Assembly: GCA_964486685.1 (NCBI GenBank) | Contig: CAZAOE010000005.1 | Location: 1-62,067, forward strand | DNA length: 62,067 nt | From: an uncultured Gammaproteobacteria bacterium | GTDB lineage: Bacteria; Patescibacteriota; Patescibacteriia; UBA1558; S5-K13 | Direction: 5' to 3' | Part shown: positions 49,011-60,250 of the stretch, piece after piece | Position numbering within the stretch: position 1 is the stretch's first letter | Layout of the letters: every line of letters starts with the position of its first letter | Translations under genes and position numbers: made by a program | The notes under the pieces: generated by a model | Told to the model about the DNA's origin: nothing | Seen by the model: only the letters and a program-made list of their open reading frames with translations | The model's database searches: none

Positions 49011-50145
49011 ACTTATGCTTTTTTATATTGTCCTTAATTAAGTTTAAAATTTTATATTTAACCTCTTCTGGAAAACCACTAATTTCAAAATTTAATAAAT
49101 CTTCATCACCAGATATTTTTAATTTATCCTTTAATTCCTGAATTAAATCAAAAGAATTATGTTTTTCATTGGAATGAACATAAACCTGAATTAAATCGGA
49201 TTTTTTAATCTTAAACAAAACAATAACTTCTGCTTGCGAGGCCTTAGAAATAAGCTCTTCTATTAAATCATTTATCTCCAAATCCTCTTCTTCGCTATCA
49301 AATTTTAGGGCCGACCAGGCCAATTTATTTTCTTCGTCATAATTCAATTCTGATAAAATTTGTCCCCATAATCTCAACATAGAAATTGATTTAGTTTGAT
49401 ATAAATTTTCAATAACTTTTTCTCTATTAGCCCCTAAATCTATTAATCTACTAGCTATATTTAGGGCCCTGGAGGTGACTTTTTTATTACTAAAACCCTT
49501 GGTAGAAGAAATTAATCCCGCCAAAAGACAAGTGGCGATGTTTCCAGTAATAGATAAATTATTTCTGACAAAAAAATTGAAAATCTGCTCTGACAAAGAA
49601 CCTCCGCTTACATCTACAAAATTAACTTGACCATATCTTTCGTTCCCGGCTTGATTACTGATATTAATAATCGGTGTTTCATGAAAAAAATCTGGATGGT
49701 CAGAAAAAATTTCCCCCAATGATTTCAAATCTGTCCCATTAAAAACTATAATCAAATCATAAGAATTTTTATAAAATGCTCTAATATGGTCTAAAGAAAT
49801 CTCATTGGGACTAGAATTCACTAATACATTTAAACGAGTGTTTGTTTGAGTATAATCAATATTGCTAATTTGGGTCATACTAGTATCAATGGAAATAACT
49901 AATCTTCGCAAATGATCAAATTTTAATTTAGCCTTTTCTAAATTAGGAAGAAAGCTATATATTTTTTTCGGCTTTTGCGGTAGAATGAAATCAATATTAT
50001 CACCCTTAGCTTGGCTGATTAAATAATTATAAAAAGCCAAAAGAGAGGTTAAGCAATCTCCATTATAATTAACTGGGGCTAAAAGCAATATATTTTTGCT
50101 ATTATTTATCAATTGATAAATTTGTTGATTTGTACTTAATGTCAT
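49009..50145 (-). CDS. Degenerate DHH-family phosphoesterase-like protein
   Basis: DHH fold pattern (GD...S.LA, N..YG.VN, AT.LL.G....T..F, LWG..L) but DHH and GGGH motifs are absent. Confidence 0.7.
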   Translation of the reverse strand: MTLSTNQQIYQLINNSKNILLLAPVNYNGDCLTSLLAFYNYLISQAKGDNIDFILPQKPKKIYSFLPNLEKAKLKFDHLRRLVISIDTSMTQISNIDYTQTNTRLNVLVNSSPNEISLDHIRAFYKNSYDLIIVFNGTDLKSLGEIFSDHPDFFHETPIINISNQAGNERYGQVNFVDVSGGSLSEQIFNFFVRNNLSITGNIATCLLAGLISSTKGFSNKKVTSRALNIASRLIDLGANREKVIENLYQTKSISMLRLWGQILSELNYDEENKLAWSALKFDSEEEDLEINDLIEELISKASQAEVIVLFKIKKSDLIQVYVHSNEKHNSFDLIQELKDKLKISGDEDLLNFEISGFPEEVKYKILNLIKDNIKKHK

Positions 50146-50322
50146 ATTATTTTAATTACCAATTTAAAATTTACAATTTTCATTTAATAACCAATATAAC
50201 AATATACAATAATCAATATATTTTATCCGAATTTTTAATAAAAGATTATTGATCATTGAAGTATTGAAAATTAAATGTAAATTGAAAATTGGTAATTTCT
50301 AATTAAAAAAGGATATTATAGC

Positions 50323-50384
50323 AATATAGAAAATATTCTCCCTCCTGTCAATAGCTTGACTTAAATGTTTAAAAATAATAGAAT
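50323..50384. promoter_or_regulatory. Back-to-back sigma70 promoters
   Basis: + strand TTGACT (50356)-17 bp-TAGAAT; - strand TTGACA (50351)-17 bp-TATATT. Confidence 0.65.
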
Positions 50385-50410
50385 GGATAATTCATTATAT
50401 AAATAATTTT

Positions 50411-52390
50411 ATGAATGTTACCGAATTAGCCCGAAAATTAAAAACTCCCACAAATGAACTCTTGGAAATATTACCAGAGCTCGGTTTTGATATTGGAGCT
50501 AAGGCAATTAAGATAGATGATTCTTTAATTGATAAAATCATTACAGCACATAACAACTATAAAAAAAAGGAGAAAATGAGAGCCGAGGATGAAGAAATAC
50601 AAGAAATCAAGATTGAAGATCAGGATAAAAAAGAAATTAGTCCTGATAAAATATTAGAAATTGGCAATGAAATTATTGTTCGAGACATGGCTGAAAAAAT
50701 GAAATTTCCAATTAATAAAGTTATGGCCGAATTAATGAAAAACGGAATCATGGTTTCATTAAATTCTTCTATTGATTTTGAAACGGCTACTATTATAGCT
50801 GAAGATTTAGGATTTGAAGTAAAAAAAATATCTTCTGAAAAAAAAGAAAAAGAAATTGAAGAAGAAAAAATGGAAAAATTAAAAAATCTTCTCTCCCAAA
50901 ATAAAAATCTAAAAACCAAGCCACCAGTGGTAGTTGTCATGGGACACGTTGACCATGGTAAAACTAAATTATTAGATACAATTAGAAAAACAAACGTTAT
51001 TGATACTGAGGCTGGCAATATAACCCAGCATATTGGAGCTTATCAAGTTGAGTGTAGTGGTAAGCTTATTACTTTTTTAGATACTCCCGGACACGAGGCC
51101 TTTAAGGCCATGCGCTCTCGCGGAACAAAGATTGCTGACGTGGGCATAATAGTTATAGCTGCCGATGAAGGATTAAAACCCCAAACCATTGAATCAATTG
51201 AATTGCTCCAAAAAGAAAAACTTCCTTTTTTAATTGCCATTAATAAAATAGATAAAGACGAGGCTGATATAGAAAAAATTAAAAAAGAGTTATCAGAATT
51301 AAATTTAACTCCCGAAGATTGGGGTGGAAAAACAATTTGTGTAGAAATATCTGCTAAACAAAACATTAATATAGATGGCTTATTAGAAATGGTTAATTTA
51401 ATGGCTGATCTGGAAAATTTACAGGCCGATGCGGGTCGCCAGGCCATTGGAACCATAATTGAATCTCATGTTGACAAAAATCAGGGCCCAGTAGCATCAG
51501 TTTTAATTCAAACTGGTACTTTAAAATTACAAGACGAATTTAGTGCTGGCCATACTTTTGGGAAAGTAAAAGCCATGATAAATTATGCTGGACAAAATAT
51601 CAAAGAAGCTCCGCCCTCTACTCCTGTTAGAATCCTTGGTTTTAAAGATGCTCCGGCAGTAGGAGACATCTTTAGCGCCGAAATTTCTGCTCAAGAATTA
51701 AAAACTATTAAAAAAAATAAGTCTAAAAGACCAATTAACAAACAACAAAAAACTAATTCCCAAAAATCTGACGAAGAAGAAAAAATTAAATCTCTTAATA
51801 TTATTCTGAAAACAGATGTAATCGGATCCCAAGGGGCCATAGAAGAATCTTTGGCTAAAATAATAAGGGAAGATTTAAAGATAAAAATAATCAAAAAGGG
51901 ATTAGGAAGCATAACCGATAAAGATGTTTTGGATGCCGAAGCCACCAAGGCCCTCTTAATTGGATTTCATGTCCAAATAGATCCCAATGCCGAAATGTTG
52001 AGCAAGGAGAAGAGCATTGAAATTAAAAATTACCAAATAATTTATAAACTCTTGGAAGACGTAGAAGAAAAAATAAATAAAATGTCTTCTGAAAAAATTA
52101 TTCGTAAACAAACAGGAGAATTAAAGGTCTTGGCAATTTTTAAAACCCTTAAAAACAAATCCATATTAGGTGGAAAAGTAATTAAAGGTCAAATAGAAAA
52201 AGGAAATATTGCTAAAATAATTAGAGCCAAAGAATGTATTGCTCGCGGAAAAATAAATAATCTCCAAAGCGGGAAAGAGAATGTTCAAGAAGTTGTAACC
52301 GGCCAAGAATGTGGAATAGAATTTGAAGGAGAAACTATTATAGAACCAGGAGATGTTTTAGAGGCCTATAAAGAAATTAAAAAACAATAA
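50411..52390 (+). CDS. infB: Translation initiation factor IF-2
   Basis: GHVDHGKT, ITQHIGAY, DTPGHEAF, NKID, ECGI. Confidence 0.97.
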   Translation: MNVTELARKLKTPTNELLEILPELGFDIGAKAIKIDDSLIDKIITAHNNYKKKEKMRAEDEEIQEIKIEDQDKKEISPDKILEIGNEIIVRDMAEKMKFPINKVMAELMKNGIMVSLNSSIDFETATIIAEDLGFEVKKISSEKKEKEIEEEKMEKLKNLLSQNKNLKTKPPVVVVMGHVDHGKTKLLDTIRKTNVIDTEAGNITQHIGAYQVECSGKLITFLDTPGHEAFKAMRSRGTKIADVGIIVIAADEGLKPQTIESIELLQKEKLPFLIAINKIDKDEADIEKIKKELSELNLTPEDWGGKTICVEISAKQNINIDGLLEMVNLMADLENLQADAGRQAIGTIIESHVDKNQGPVASVLIQTGTLKLQDEFSAGHTFGKVKAMINYAGQNIKEAPPSTPVRILGFKDAPAVGDIFSAEISAQELKTIKKNKSKRPINKQQKTNSQKSDEEEKIKSLNIILKTDVIGSQGAIEESLAKIIREDLKIKIIKKGLGSITDKDVLDAEATKALLIGFHVQIDPNAEMLSKEKSIEIKNYQIIYKLLEDVEEKINKMSSEKIIRKQTGELKVLAIFKTLKNKSILGGKVIKGQIEKGNIAKIIRAKECIARGKINNLQSGKENVQEVVTGQECGIEFEGETIIEPGDVLEAYKEIKKQ

Positions 52391-52577
52391 AACGATGCCA
52401 ATATAGCGATACCAATATACGAATGGCATACGAATTATACTAATATGCTAATCATTAGTATTTAATTAGTATATTAGTATTAAACCATTAGTATCATCAG
52501 TATTAGTATATTACCCGCCATAATTTTATAAAAATTAAGGCGGGATTAGTATCATTTAATTCGTATCATTAGTATTT

Positions 52578-52919
52578 ATGAGCAAAAGAACAGAACAAGT
52601 AGCCAGTGAACTAACTCATCAATTATCAGAAATAATAAATAAAGACATTGAAATACCAAAAGATTGTTTAGTTACTATTATTAAAACCGAAATAAGTCCT
52701 GATTTGAAAATAGCTAAAATATTTATATCTGTTTTGCCTGAAAATAAAAATGGAACAGCGTTGGCATATTTTAAAAAAACATCAAATTTTATCCAAAGGA
52801 AATTAGGACAAAAATTAAAATTCTATACTACTCCTCAACTTAAATTTTTTATTGATGAGGGAGAAATGAAAAGAAGAAAAATAAATAAGATCTTAGAAAA
52901 AATTAAAGAAAATGCTTAA
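52578..52919 (+). CDS. rbfA: Ribosome-binding factor A
   Basis: SPDLK.AK.FIS, P.L.F..D; follows infB. Confidence 0.9.
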   Translation: MSKRTEQVASELTHQLSEIINKDIEIPKDCLVTIIKTEISPDLKIAKIFISVLPENKNGTALAYFKKTSNFIQRKLGQKLKFYTTPQLKFFIDEGEMKRRKINKILEKIKENA

Positions 52920-53880
52920 TAAAGAAATAGAAAAATTATTAGATTGTATTAAAAAATCTAATCATATACTTTTAGTAACCCATAGAACTCCTGATGGTGA
53001 TGCTCTTGGTTCTCTTTTAGCTATGCAGAAAATTTTATCATCTTTAAATAAAAATAATACTTCTTTTTGCATAGACAGACCTGCAGAAAATTTTAATTAC
53101 CTTGAAGGCATTAATAAAATAGAGTATCAAGTTAAAAACTTAAAAAATAATTATGATTTAGGTATATTATTAGATTGTGGTGATTTAAAAATGACAAAAA
53201 TTGTTGAAAAAATTAAAAATATTAATTTTAAATTTGGTTTAGTTAATATTGACCATCACTATACTAATCCTCAATATGGAGATATAAATATTGTAATCCC
53301 CCAGGCCTCATCAACTGCAGAAATTATTTATCAAATAATGAGAATAGCTAATATAAAAATAGAGGCCTCTGTGGCGACAGCGCTTTTAACAGGCATAATC
53401 ACTGATACTGGAAATTTTGCTTATCGTTCAACAACTAAACAAGCCATAGATACCGCCTCTAAATTATTAAGTATTGGAGCTGATTTTTCTGACATTACTA
53501 AAGCAAATGTCTATAATAAAACCATAGAAATTTTAAAATTATGGGGGATAGTTTTAAAAAAAATATCCTTCAACAAAGAATTAGCTATGGTAACAACTGG
53601 TATTTTTAAAAAGGACTTGGATGATTTAGGATTAAATCAAGAAGATAGTGAAGGAATCTCCAATTATTTAAATAATCTTTCCTCTAAAATTAGATTTAGC
53701 CTATTGTTAAAACAATATGAAGCTGATAAAGTAAAGGGTAGTTTAAGAACCACTCGTGATGATATTGATGTAGCCAAAATTGCCCAGGCCTTTGGTGGGG
53801 GCGGGCATAAAAAGGCCGCCGGCTTTGAAACCTCTGGAAAATTAGTTTTTAACAACGGATACTGGAAAATAAATCAATAA
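52912..53880 (+). CDS. nrnA: DHH/DHHA1 oligoribonuclease/PAP phosphatase NrnA
   Basis: H..PDGDA.GS, IDHH, DTG.F, SLR, GGGH..AAG. Confidence 0.9.
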   Translation: MLNKEIEKLLDCIKKSNHILLVTHRTPDGDALGSLLAMQKILSSLNKNNTSFCIDRPAENFNYLEGINKIEYQVKNLKNNYDLGILLDCGDLKMTKIVEKIKNINFKFGLVNIDHHYTNPQYGDINIVIPQASSTAEIIYQIMRIANIKIEASVATALLTGIITDTGNFAYRSTTKQAIDTASKLLSIGADFSDITKANVYNKTIEILKLWGIVLKKISFNKELAMVTTGIFKKDLDDLGLNQEDSEGISNYLNNLSSKIRFSLLLKQYEADKVKGSLRTTRDDIDVAKIAQAFGGGGHKKAAGFETSGKLVFNNGYWKINQ

Positions 53881-53945
53881 TTAGTACTTAATAATTGATA
53901 ATTGGGACTACTAACTACCAGCTACTAACTACTAACTAAAAACCT

Positions 53946-54521
53946 ATGTTTTTAATACCAACTGTAATCGAAAAATCCAGTAAAGGTGAGCGAGCTTATG
54001 ATATATATTCTAGATTATTAAAAGAAAGAATAATTTTTTTGGGCTCACCCATCAATGGAGCCGTGGCTAATACTATAATTGCCCAACTTCTATTTTTAGA
54101 ATCTGAAAATAATAAAAAGGATATTAAGCTTTATATTAATTGTCCGGGAGGAAGCGTTACTGACGGTTTGGCAATTTATGACACCATGCAATATATTAAA
54201 TGTGATGTTTCTACTATTGCTGTCGGCATGGCCGCTTCCATGGCTGCTGTGCTTTTATCGGCTGGAGCAAAAAGAAAAAGATTTGTCTTACCCAGCTCTG
54301 AAATCCTTTTACATCAAGTAATGGGCGGGGCCGAGGGGCAAGCCGCAGATATTAAAATCAAGGCCGAACAAATTTTAAAAATAAAAGATAAATTAAATAA
54401 AATTTTAGCCAAACACACTGGACAGGATATTAAAAAAATAGAAAGAGATTCTGATCGTGATTATTATTTAACTGCTACTGATGCTGTAAAATATGGATTA
54501 GTAGACAAAATGATTAAATAA
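53946..54521 (+). CDS. clpP: ATP-dependent Clp protease proteolytic subunit
   Basis: [29 protein letters not shown]. Confidence 0.97.
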   Translation: MFLIPTVIEKSSKGERAYDIYSRLLKERIIFLGSPINGAVANTIIAQLLFLESENNKKDIKLYINCPGGSVTDGLAIYDTMQYIKCDVSTIAVGMAASMAAVLLSAGAKRKRFVLPSSEILLHQVMGGAEGQAADIKIKAEQILKIKDKLNKILAKHTGQDIKKIERDSDRDYYLTATDAVKYGLVDKMIK

Positions 54522-54583
54522 TTGTGGACTTGAAAAAAATCTTTCAATATGCTAATGTGTTTAACATAAGAATTAATAAATAA

Positions 54584-54795
54584 TTTTGCTAGAGAATTAC
54601 GATTTAGTGGAAAACTGCCGCAAATTCCCAAATTCAGATTTTTACCATAAATATGCTTAAAATCTTTAAATTACCTAACTTAAATAAAAAAATTTTAGAA
54701 ATCAAAAAAGAACCCTTACTAAAGTTTTCTATTTTGACTATCTAAAAAACCAACTCCTTTTAAAGAATTTGACTTTTTCTAAATTCTCTACAAAA
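54584..54795 (+). ncRNA. Candidate structured RNA / rny leader
   Basis: TTTTG(C)TAGAGAATT pairs with AATTCTCTACAAAA; internal stems; AT-rich, so support is weak. Confidence 0.3.
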
Positions 54796-54815
54796 ATATA
54801 TAGAAAGTTAAAAAA

Positions 54816-56342
54816 ATGCCAGAATCAGTAACATATTTTATATCACTGATTGTTTTAGCTCTTGGTTTTTTCTTGGGTTATGCTTTTAGAAAAAGAGTGG
54901 GGGCCAACTCTGCTAATAGCGCGGAAAAAAAAGCTGAGGAAATTATAGAAAAAGCTAAAGAAAAACATCAGGATATATTATTAAAAAGCAAAGAAAAAGC
55001 GATTTATATAATTGACGAGGCTAAAAAGGAGGGGCAAGAACGTCGTCAAGAACTTAATCATAAACAAAAACGAATTGAAGAGAGAGAGTCCTTATTTGAT
55101 AAAAAGCTTCTTAACTTAGAAAGTAAACAACAGGGTTTGATAGAGAAAACCGAAAGAATAGAAAAATTGAAAGAAGAAATCAAAAAAATTCAAGAAATGC
55201 AAACGGAAAGATTAGAAAAAATCTCTAAAATGTCTAAAGATGAGGCCAAGGAATTGCTTCTAGAAAAAACTGAAAACAATATTAAAGATGAATTAGTAGC
55301 GCGCATCAAAAAATTAGAACAAGAATCAAACGAAGAATTAGAAAAAAGAGCCCGCGATCTTTTGTCAGTGGTCATTCAAAGATGTGACATTTCTCATGCC
55401 GCCGAAAATACTACCACTACTGTCCAAATACCTTCTGATGAAATGAAGGGAAGAATCATTGGCCGAGAAGGAAGAAATATTAGAACCATAGAAAAACTAA
55501 CTGGAGTAGAAATAATTATTGACGATACTCCAGATGTTATTGTTATCTCTGGATTTAGTCCTATCCGCAGACATTTAGCTAAAAGAGCTTTAGATAAATT
55601 AATTTTAGATGGCCGTATTCATCCTGGAAGGATTGAAGAAACAATAGAAGAATCAAAAAAAGAATTAGCTCTGGATATTAAAAAAGCTGGCGAAGAAGCC
55701 ATCTATGAAGTAGGAATTCCAGCCGTTGATTCTAAATTAACTCAATTATTAGGTCGGCTAAAATATCGTACTTCTTATGGACAAAACCAACTTAAACATT
55801 CTTTAGAAGTGGCCCTCTTATCTGGTTTATTGGCAGAAGAATTAGGGGCAGATGTTGCTGTGGCTAAAAAAGGTGGCTTATTCCACGATATTGGTAAAGC
55901 CATAGACCATGAAATTAAAGGAACTCATCCAGAAATTGGTTATGATATTTTAAAAAAATTTGAAATGAGTGAAGAGATTGCTCTTTGTGCCAAAACTCAT
56001 CACGATGATAAACTACCCACTTTAGAGGCTGTAATTGTTAAAGTAGCTGATGCTATATCTGGAGCCAGACCCGGAGCCAGAAAAGATACTTATGAAAACT
56101 TCTTACAAAGATTAGATGAATTAGAAAAAATTACCAATTCTTTTGCTGGAGTAGAAAAATCTTATGCTATCCAAGCTGGGAGAGAAGTTCGTATTTTTGT
56201 AAGACCAGAAGAAATTGATGACTTAAAAGCTATAAAATTAGCCAAAGAAATAGCTGATAAAATAGAAGAAGAATTAAAATATCCCGGAGAAATAAAAGTA
56301 AATGTAATTAGGGAAACTAGAATTACTGAATACGCTAGATAG
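54816..56342 (+). CDS. rny: Ribonuclease Y
   Basis: N-terminal TM, coiled coil, KH (KGRIIGREGRNI), HD (HDIGK), SYAIQAGREVR. Confidence 0.97.
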   Translation: MPESVTYFISLIVLALGFFLGYAFRKRVGANSANSAEKKAEEIIEKAKEKHQDILLKSKEKAIYIIDEAKKEGQERRQELNHKQKRIEERESLFDKKLLNLESKQQGLIEKTERIEKLKEEIKKIQEMQTERLEKISKMSKDEAKELLLEKTENNIKDELVARIKKLEQESNEELEKRARDLLSVVIQRCDISHAAENTTTTVQIPSDEMKGRIIGREGRNIRTIEKLTGVEIIIDDTPDVIVISGFSPIRRHLAKRALDKLILDGRIHPGRIEETIEESKKELALDIKKAGEEAIYEVGIPAVDSKLTQLLGRLKYRTSYGQNQLKHSLEVALLSGLLAEELGADVAVAKKGGLFHDIGKAIDHEIKGTHPEIGYDILKKFEMSEEIALCAKTHHDDKLPTLEAVIVKVADAISGARPGARKDTYENFLQRLDELEKITNSFAGVEKSYAIQAGREVRIFVRPEEIDDLKAIKLAKEIADKIEEELKYPGEIKVNVIRETRITEYAR

Positions 56343-56575
56343 AATTTAGAATGATGAATTACGAATTTTGATTAAACCCCATCACCCTTTACTTTAAAAA
56401 TTTGATATCTTAATTTTATTATATAATTTTTTTGAAATAATTCTTTGATAATATTTTGTAAAAAAGGTGATGGGGTAAATTTCTAATTATTTAATTTCAA
56501 ATTAATTCATAATTCTAAAATTTAAAATTCATAATTTAATCGAAATTAAAAATTAAAAATTCAAAACTTAATTCT

Positions 56576-57367
56576 ATGCTTAAAATTTTATTCTTAGGTG
56601 ATGTTATGGGCAGTATTGGACGAAAAGCCATTACTAAAATTTTGCCTGTTCTAAAAAAAGAATACAAACCCAATCTAATTGCTATTAATGCTGAAAATCT
56701 TGCTCACGGAAAAGGCATAACTGAAAAAACTCTAGAGCAGATGAAAGAAGCTGGGGTTGATTTTTTCAGTTCTGGAAATCATGTTTATTCTAAAAATAAT
56801 ACCGACCAAATATTTACATCTGGAAAATTTAATATTATCGCTCCAGCCAATGACCCCAGGACTTTAAAAAATTATGGTTATAAAGTGCTTAAAATTGGCA
56901 AAAAAACCCTAATCATGCTAAACTTATTGGGTAAAACTTTTATAGACGAAAAAAATATTAAATGCCCTTTTAAAACTTTTGATAAATTATATAAAGAATT
57001 TCAAAAATATCAGCCCGACTATATAATTTTGGATTTTCATGCTGAAGCCACTAGTGAAAAAGTTGCCCTGGGTCATTATGTAGATGGAAGAATAAATGCC
57101 TTATTAGGCACCCATACCCATGTTCAAACTAATGATGCCAGAACTCTACCCAAAGGTACGGCTTATATAACAGACCTGGGCATGGTTGGGGCTAAAGAAT
57201 CTGTAATTGGTATTAGAAAAGATATCATTATAGATAAATTTCTTAATGATTCTAAAATCATTTTTGATATTCCTAAAACTGGAAAAGCAATAATTAATGG
57301 TGTTTTACTTGAAATTAATAAAAAAAGTAGTAAAATAAAGGTAATACAAAAAGAAATTACAATTTAA
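56576..57367 (+). CDS. ymdB: YmdB-type metallophosphoesterase
   Basis: GDV.G..G, NAEN, GNH, DFHAEATSEK, GTHTHVQT, TD.GM.G. Confidence 0.92.
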   Translation: MLKILFLGDVMGSIGRKAITKILPVLKKEYKPNLIAINAENLAHGKGITEKTLEQMKEAGVDFFSSGNHVYSKNNTDQIFTSGKFNIIAPANDPRTLKNYGYKVLKIGKKTLIMLNLLGKTFIDEKNIKCPFKTFDKLYKEFQKYQPDYIILDFHAEATSEKVALGHYVDGRINALLGTHTHVQTNDARTLPKGTAYITDLGMVGAKESVIGIRKDIIIDKFLNDSKIIFDIPKTGKAIINGVLLEINKKSSKIKVIQKEITI

Positions 57368-57419
57368 ACTAAAATAAATAAATTTTCGGGCTTAAGCTCG
57401 GAAGAAAGGATCAAAAATT

Positions 57420-57701
57420 ATGAACAAAATGGAACTCATTGATGCCATTGCTGCCAAAAGCGACTTAACTAAGAAAGATGCTGAAAATGCAGTTAATGCA
57501 TTAGAAGCAGTTATAATCAGCACCCTACAATCAGATGAGAAGGTTACTTTAACTGGTTTTGGAACATTTGAAGCCAGAAAAATGAAAGCCAGAGCTGGTG
57601 TTAATCCACAAACTGGTGCTAAAATCCAAATTGCTGCAACTACAGTACCTAAATTTAAAGCTGGTAAATCTTTTAAAGACGCCATTAAGGGCAAAAGATA
57701 A
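57420..57701 (+). CDS. hup: DNA-binding protein HU
   Basis: MNK.ELI, GFGTF, G.NPQTG, PKFKAGK. Confidence 0.95.
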   Translation: MNKMELIDAIAAKSDLTKKDAENAVNALEAVIISTLQSDEKVTLTGFGTFEARKMKARAGVNPQTGAKIQIAATTVPKFKAGKSFKDAIKGKR

Positions 57702-57719
57702 TTATCTTAAGATAATATA

Positions 57720-57749
57720 AAAACAGGCCTCACGAGGGGCTTGTTTTTT
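57720..57749 (+). terminator. Bidirectional intrinsic terminator
   Basis: AAAACAGGCCTC/GGGGCTTGTTTT stem. Confidence 0.7.
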
Positions 57750-57766
57750 GTTATTAAAAATTTATA

Positions 57767-58555
57767 CTATTTTAATATAATCCCTAGCTTTTTATTTTGA
57801 TTAGGGCTTTGAAAATCATAATCCCAATCTGCAATGGCCTGCCATAAAATATCTGGACTATAAACATAATTTTCACCTTTACGCGTTCCCGGGTCATTAG
57901 TAATTATTAAACCATCCTTAGTAAAGCCCTTTACAATTAACATGTGGTACAAAGGACCAGGTTGTTTAAAATTAGGATTACCTAATTCACGACCCGCACA
58001 AGGTAAAATTAAAGGATAACCAGTTTTAATTATTTCTTTAATCTCTTTAATAGATTCTAAATGGATAAGCTCTGCATTGAGATTTAAAAATTCCTTAGCC
58101 ATCTGAACAGTAGTGCTGGCTGACAAATCAAAATGCCCGCCATAATTCTCTAATTGCCAATCCACCATATCCCCAATATCTTCTAAAGCCGAGGCAATAC
58201 TAATCGCTTGATCATTTAAAAATGCCTGCACCATTAAAATTGAGGCCTCTTCACAACCTTCTTTATAAGGTTCCTCCCATTTTTGATCTGGCGATTGAAT
58301 CGTAAAAGGTACGGCTAAATTTATTTCTAAAATTTCTAATTTATCTTCTGCGACCTCTTTGGTTTTTATTTCCTGTTCTTCTGTTTCTGGGTTCTTCTGT
58401 TTCTCAACAACATCTTCAAACTTGATCTCTTCTGGTAATTCTATTTTTTCTGGCTCTGAAAAATATTCTTTAATCATTACTCGATTATTATAAAAAACAA
58501 AGCCTAAAATAATTAGGACCAACAAAAACAAATATATTTTAAAATCTTTTTTCAT
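57767..58555 (-). CDS. Membrane-anchored C39-like peptidase
   Basis: N-terminal TM; VPF..Q.P, GCEEAS, YHML...G, NDPG. Confidence 0.75.
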   Translation of the reverse strand: MKKDFKIYLFLLVLIILGFVFYNNRVMIKEYFSEPEKIELPEEIKFEDVVEKQKNPETEEQEIKTKEVAEDKLEILEINLAVPFTIQSPDQKWEEPYKEGCEEASILMVQAFLNDQAISIASALEDIGDMVDWQLENYGGHFDLSASTTVQMAKEFLNLNAELIHLESIKEIKEIIKTGYPLILPCAGRELGNPNFKQPGPLYHMLIVKGFTKDGLIITNDPGTRKGENYVYSPDILWQAIADWDYDFQSPNQNKKLGIILK

Positions 58556-58941
58556 TCTAATTTATTATTCAAATATCTTCGACAAAATTCAATAACATTT
58601 GATGCTAAAGAATAATTTTTATAATCTTTTATCGGTAACCAAATAACCTTACTGTGTTCTGGCTCATTAGCCCGCGGTTCTCCTTTTACTATCTCTGCTA
58701 AAAAAATATGGGCGATAAAATTTTGACCATCTTTTTCAAATTCTATATTAGTTAGATATTTTATCAATTTTACTTCACACGCAATTTCTTCTCGAGCTTC
58801 CCGAATAGCTGCTTCTATTAAACTTTCCCCTTCTTCAACGTGACCACCGGGAAATTCATAATGTTGATCTTTGATTTTATAAAGTAATAATAATTTTTCA
58901 TCTTGAATAATTGCTGGGCCTGATAATAATATTTTTTCCAT
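58552..58941 (-). CDS. NUDIX hydrolase
   Basis: PGG.VE.GE....AA.RE..EE. Confidence 0.88.
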   Translation of the reverse strand: MEKILLSGPAIIQDEKLLLLYKIKDQHYEFPGGHVEEGESLIEAAIREAREEIACEVKLIKYLTNIEFEKDGQNFIAHIFLAEIVKGEPRANEPEHSKVIWLPIKDYKNYSLASNVIEFCRRYLNNKLE

Positions 58942-58942
58942 A

Positions 58943-60235
58943 CTATTTTATCTCTTTTAATAACTCCTTAATCACTACTCTTTCATCCCAAGCAATCTTT
59001 CTGCCGCCAGCAACACAAATATACTGTTCTGCTCCTTTACCGGTTAAGAGCACTAAATCATCGGCTCGAGCTAATTTTAGGGCCTTTTTGATAGCTTCTC
59101 GTCTATTCTCCATTTTAAACAAATCTTTATCTAATATTTTTCCCTTTTCAATTGCCCCTTGAGCTACATTATTTATAATCTCCATTGGGTCATCATCATA
59201 AGGATCTTCATTGGTAACAATTACTATATCAGCTTTTTGGCCAGCCATTTGTCCTAAAATTGGTTGGCGAGATTTATCTCTCCCACCTCCACAAGAACCA
59301 AGCACATGAATTAATCTATTATAATGAAATAAATCTAAGGTTTTATAAAGTTGTTTTAAGCTCTCAATTTCCGGAGCATAATCTACTAAAATTCTAATTC
59401 CTTTTTTATTTTGAATAAATTCCATTCTGCCTGGGGTGCCTTCAAAATCCTGTAAATATTCACTCATTTTTTTTAAACTTAAACCCTGGGTAGAACAAAC
59501 CGCCAAAGCAGTTAAAATATTGTAAACATTAAATTCGCCTAATATATTTATTATAAAATCAATGTCCTGGACTTTAAACTTAGTACTAAAATCTTCCACT
59601 CTAATGTCCTGGGCCTGAAAATCGCTATCATTATTTATTGAAAAACTAAATTTCTGGTTTGCTTGATTATTAAAAAATTCTGTAAAATATTCATCGTCTT
59701 TATTAGCAATAATAACCTTTTCTGCTCCTACTTTTTTCTTGCACTTAGATAAATTTTTAAATAATTCTAATTTGGCCTGCTTATAGTTTTCAAATCCACC
59801 ATGAGATTCTAAGTGCTCAGGAGTTAAATTTGTAAAAACCGCTAGATCATAATCAATTCCTAAATGCCGGTATTGTTTAATTCCTTCAGAAGAAGTTTCA
59901 ATGATAGCATAATCACATTTCTCCTTGACCATACGCTTTAGTATTTTTTGTAAAGCTAAACGGCCCAACATGGTCATTTTTTTATTATTCAACCATTCTT
60001 GTTCATTAATTTTAAAACCAACTGTTGAAGTATAGCCAACCCTATAACCACCCTTTTCTAACAAAAAAGAAATCAAATTTACTACCGTGGACTTACCATT
60101 GGTGCCGGTCACTCCAATTACCTTTAACTTTCGAGAGGGGTAACCATATAAAAAAGCACCCAATAAAGATAATACTTTGTGGTAGAAACTTAAAATAAAC
60201 TGCGGAATAATTTTTTTTAATAGTTTTTTTAACAT
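58943..60235 (-). CDS. murE: UDP-MurNAc-tripeptide ligase MurE
   Basis: [38 protein letters not shown]; ATG start chosen (TTG 60250 is an alternative). Confidence 0.9.
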   Translation of the reverse strand: MLKKLLKKIIPQFILSFYHKVLSLLGAFLYGYPSRKLKVIGVTGTNGKSTVVNLISFLLEKGGYRVGYTSTVGFKINEQEWLNNKKMTMLGRLALQKILKRMVKEKCDYAIIETSSEGIKQYRHLGIDYDLAVFTNLTPEHLESHGGFENYKQAKLELFKNLSKCKKKVGAEKVIIANKDDEYFTEFFNNQANQKFSFSINNDSDFQAQDIRVEDFSTKFKVQDIDFIINILGEFNVYNILTALAVCSTQGLSLKKMSEYLQDFEGTPGRMEFIQNKKGIRILVDYAPEIESLKQLYKTLDLFHYNRLIHVLGSCGGGRDKSRQPILGQMAGQKADIVIVTNEDPYDDDPMEIINNVAQGAIEKGKILDKDLFKMENRREAIKKALKLARADDLVLLTGKGAEQYICVAGGRKIAWDERVVIKELLKEIK

Positions 60236-60250
60236 AAAGAAGTTTACCAA

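Noticed and set aside
48791-49141. ORFs 48791-49012(-) and 48923-49141(+)
   Set aside because: They translate GC-rich palindromes or are antisense to the DHH-like gene.
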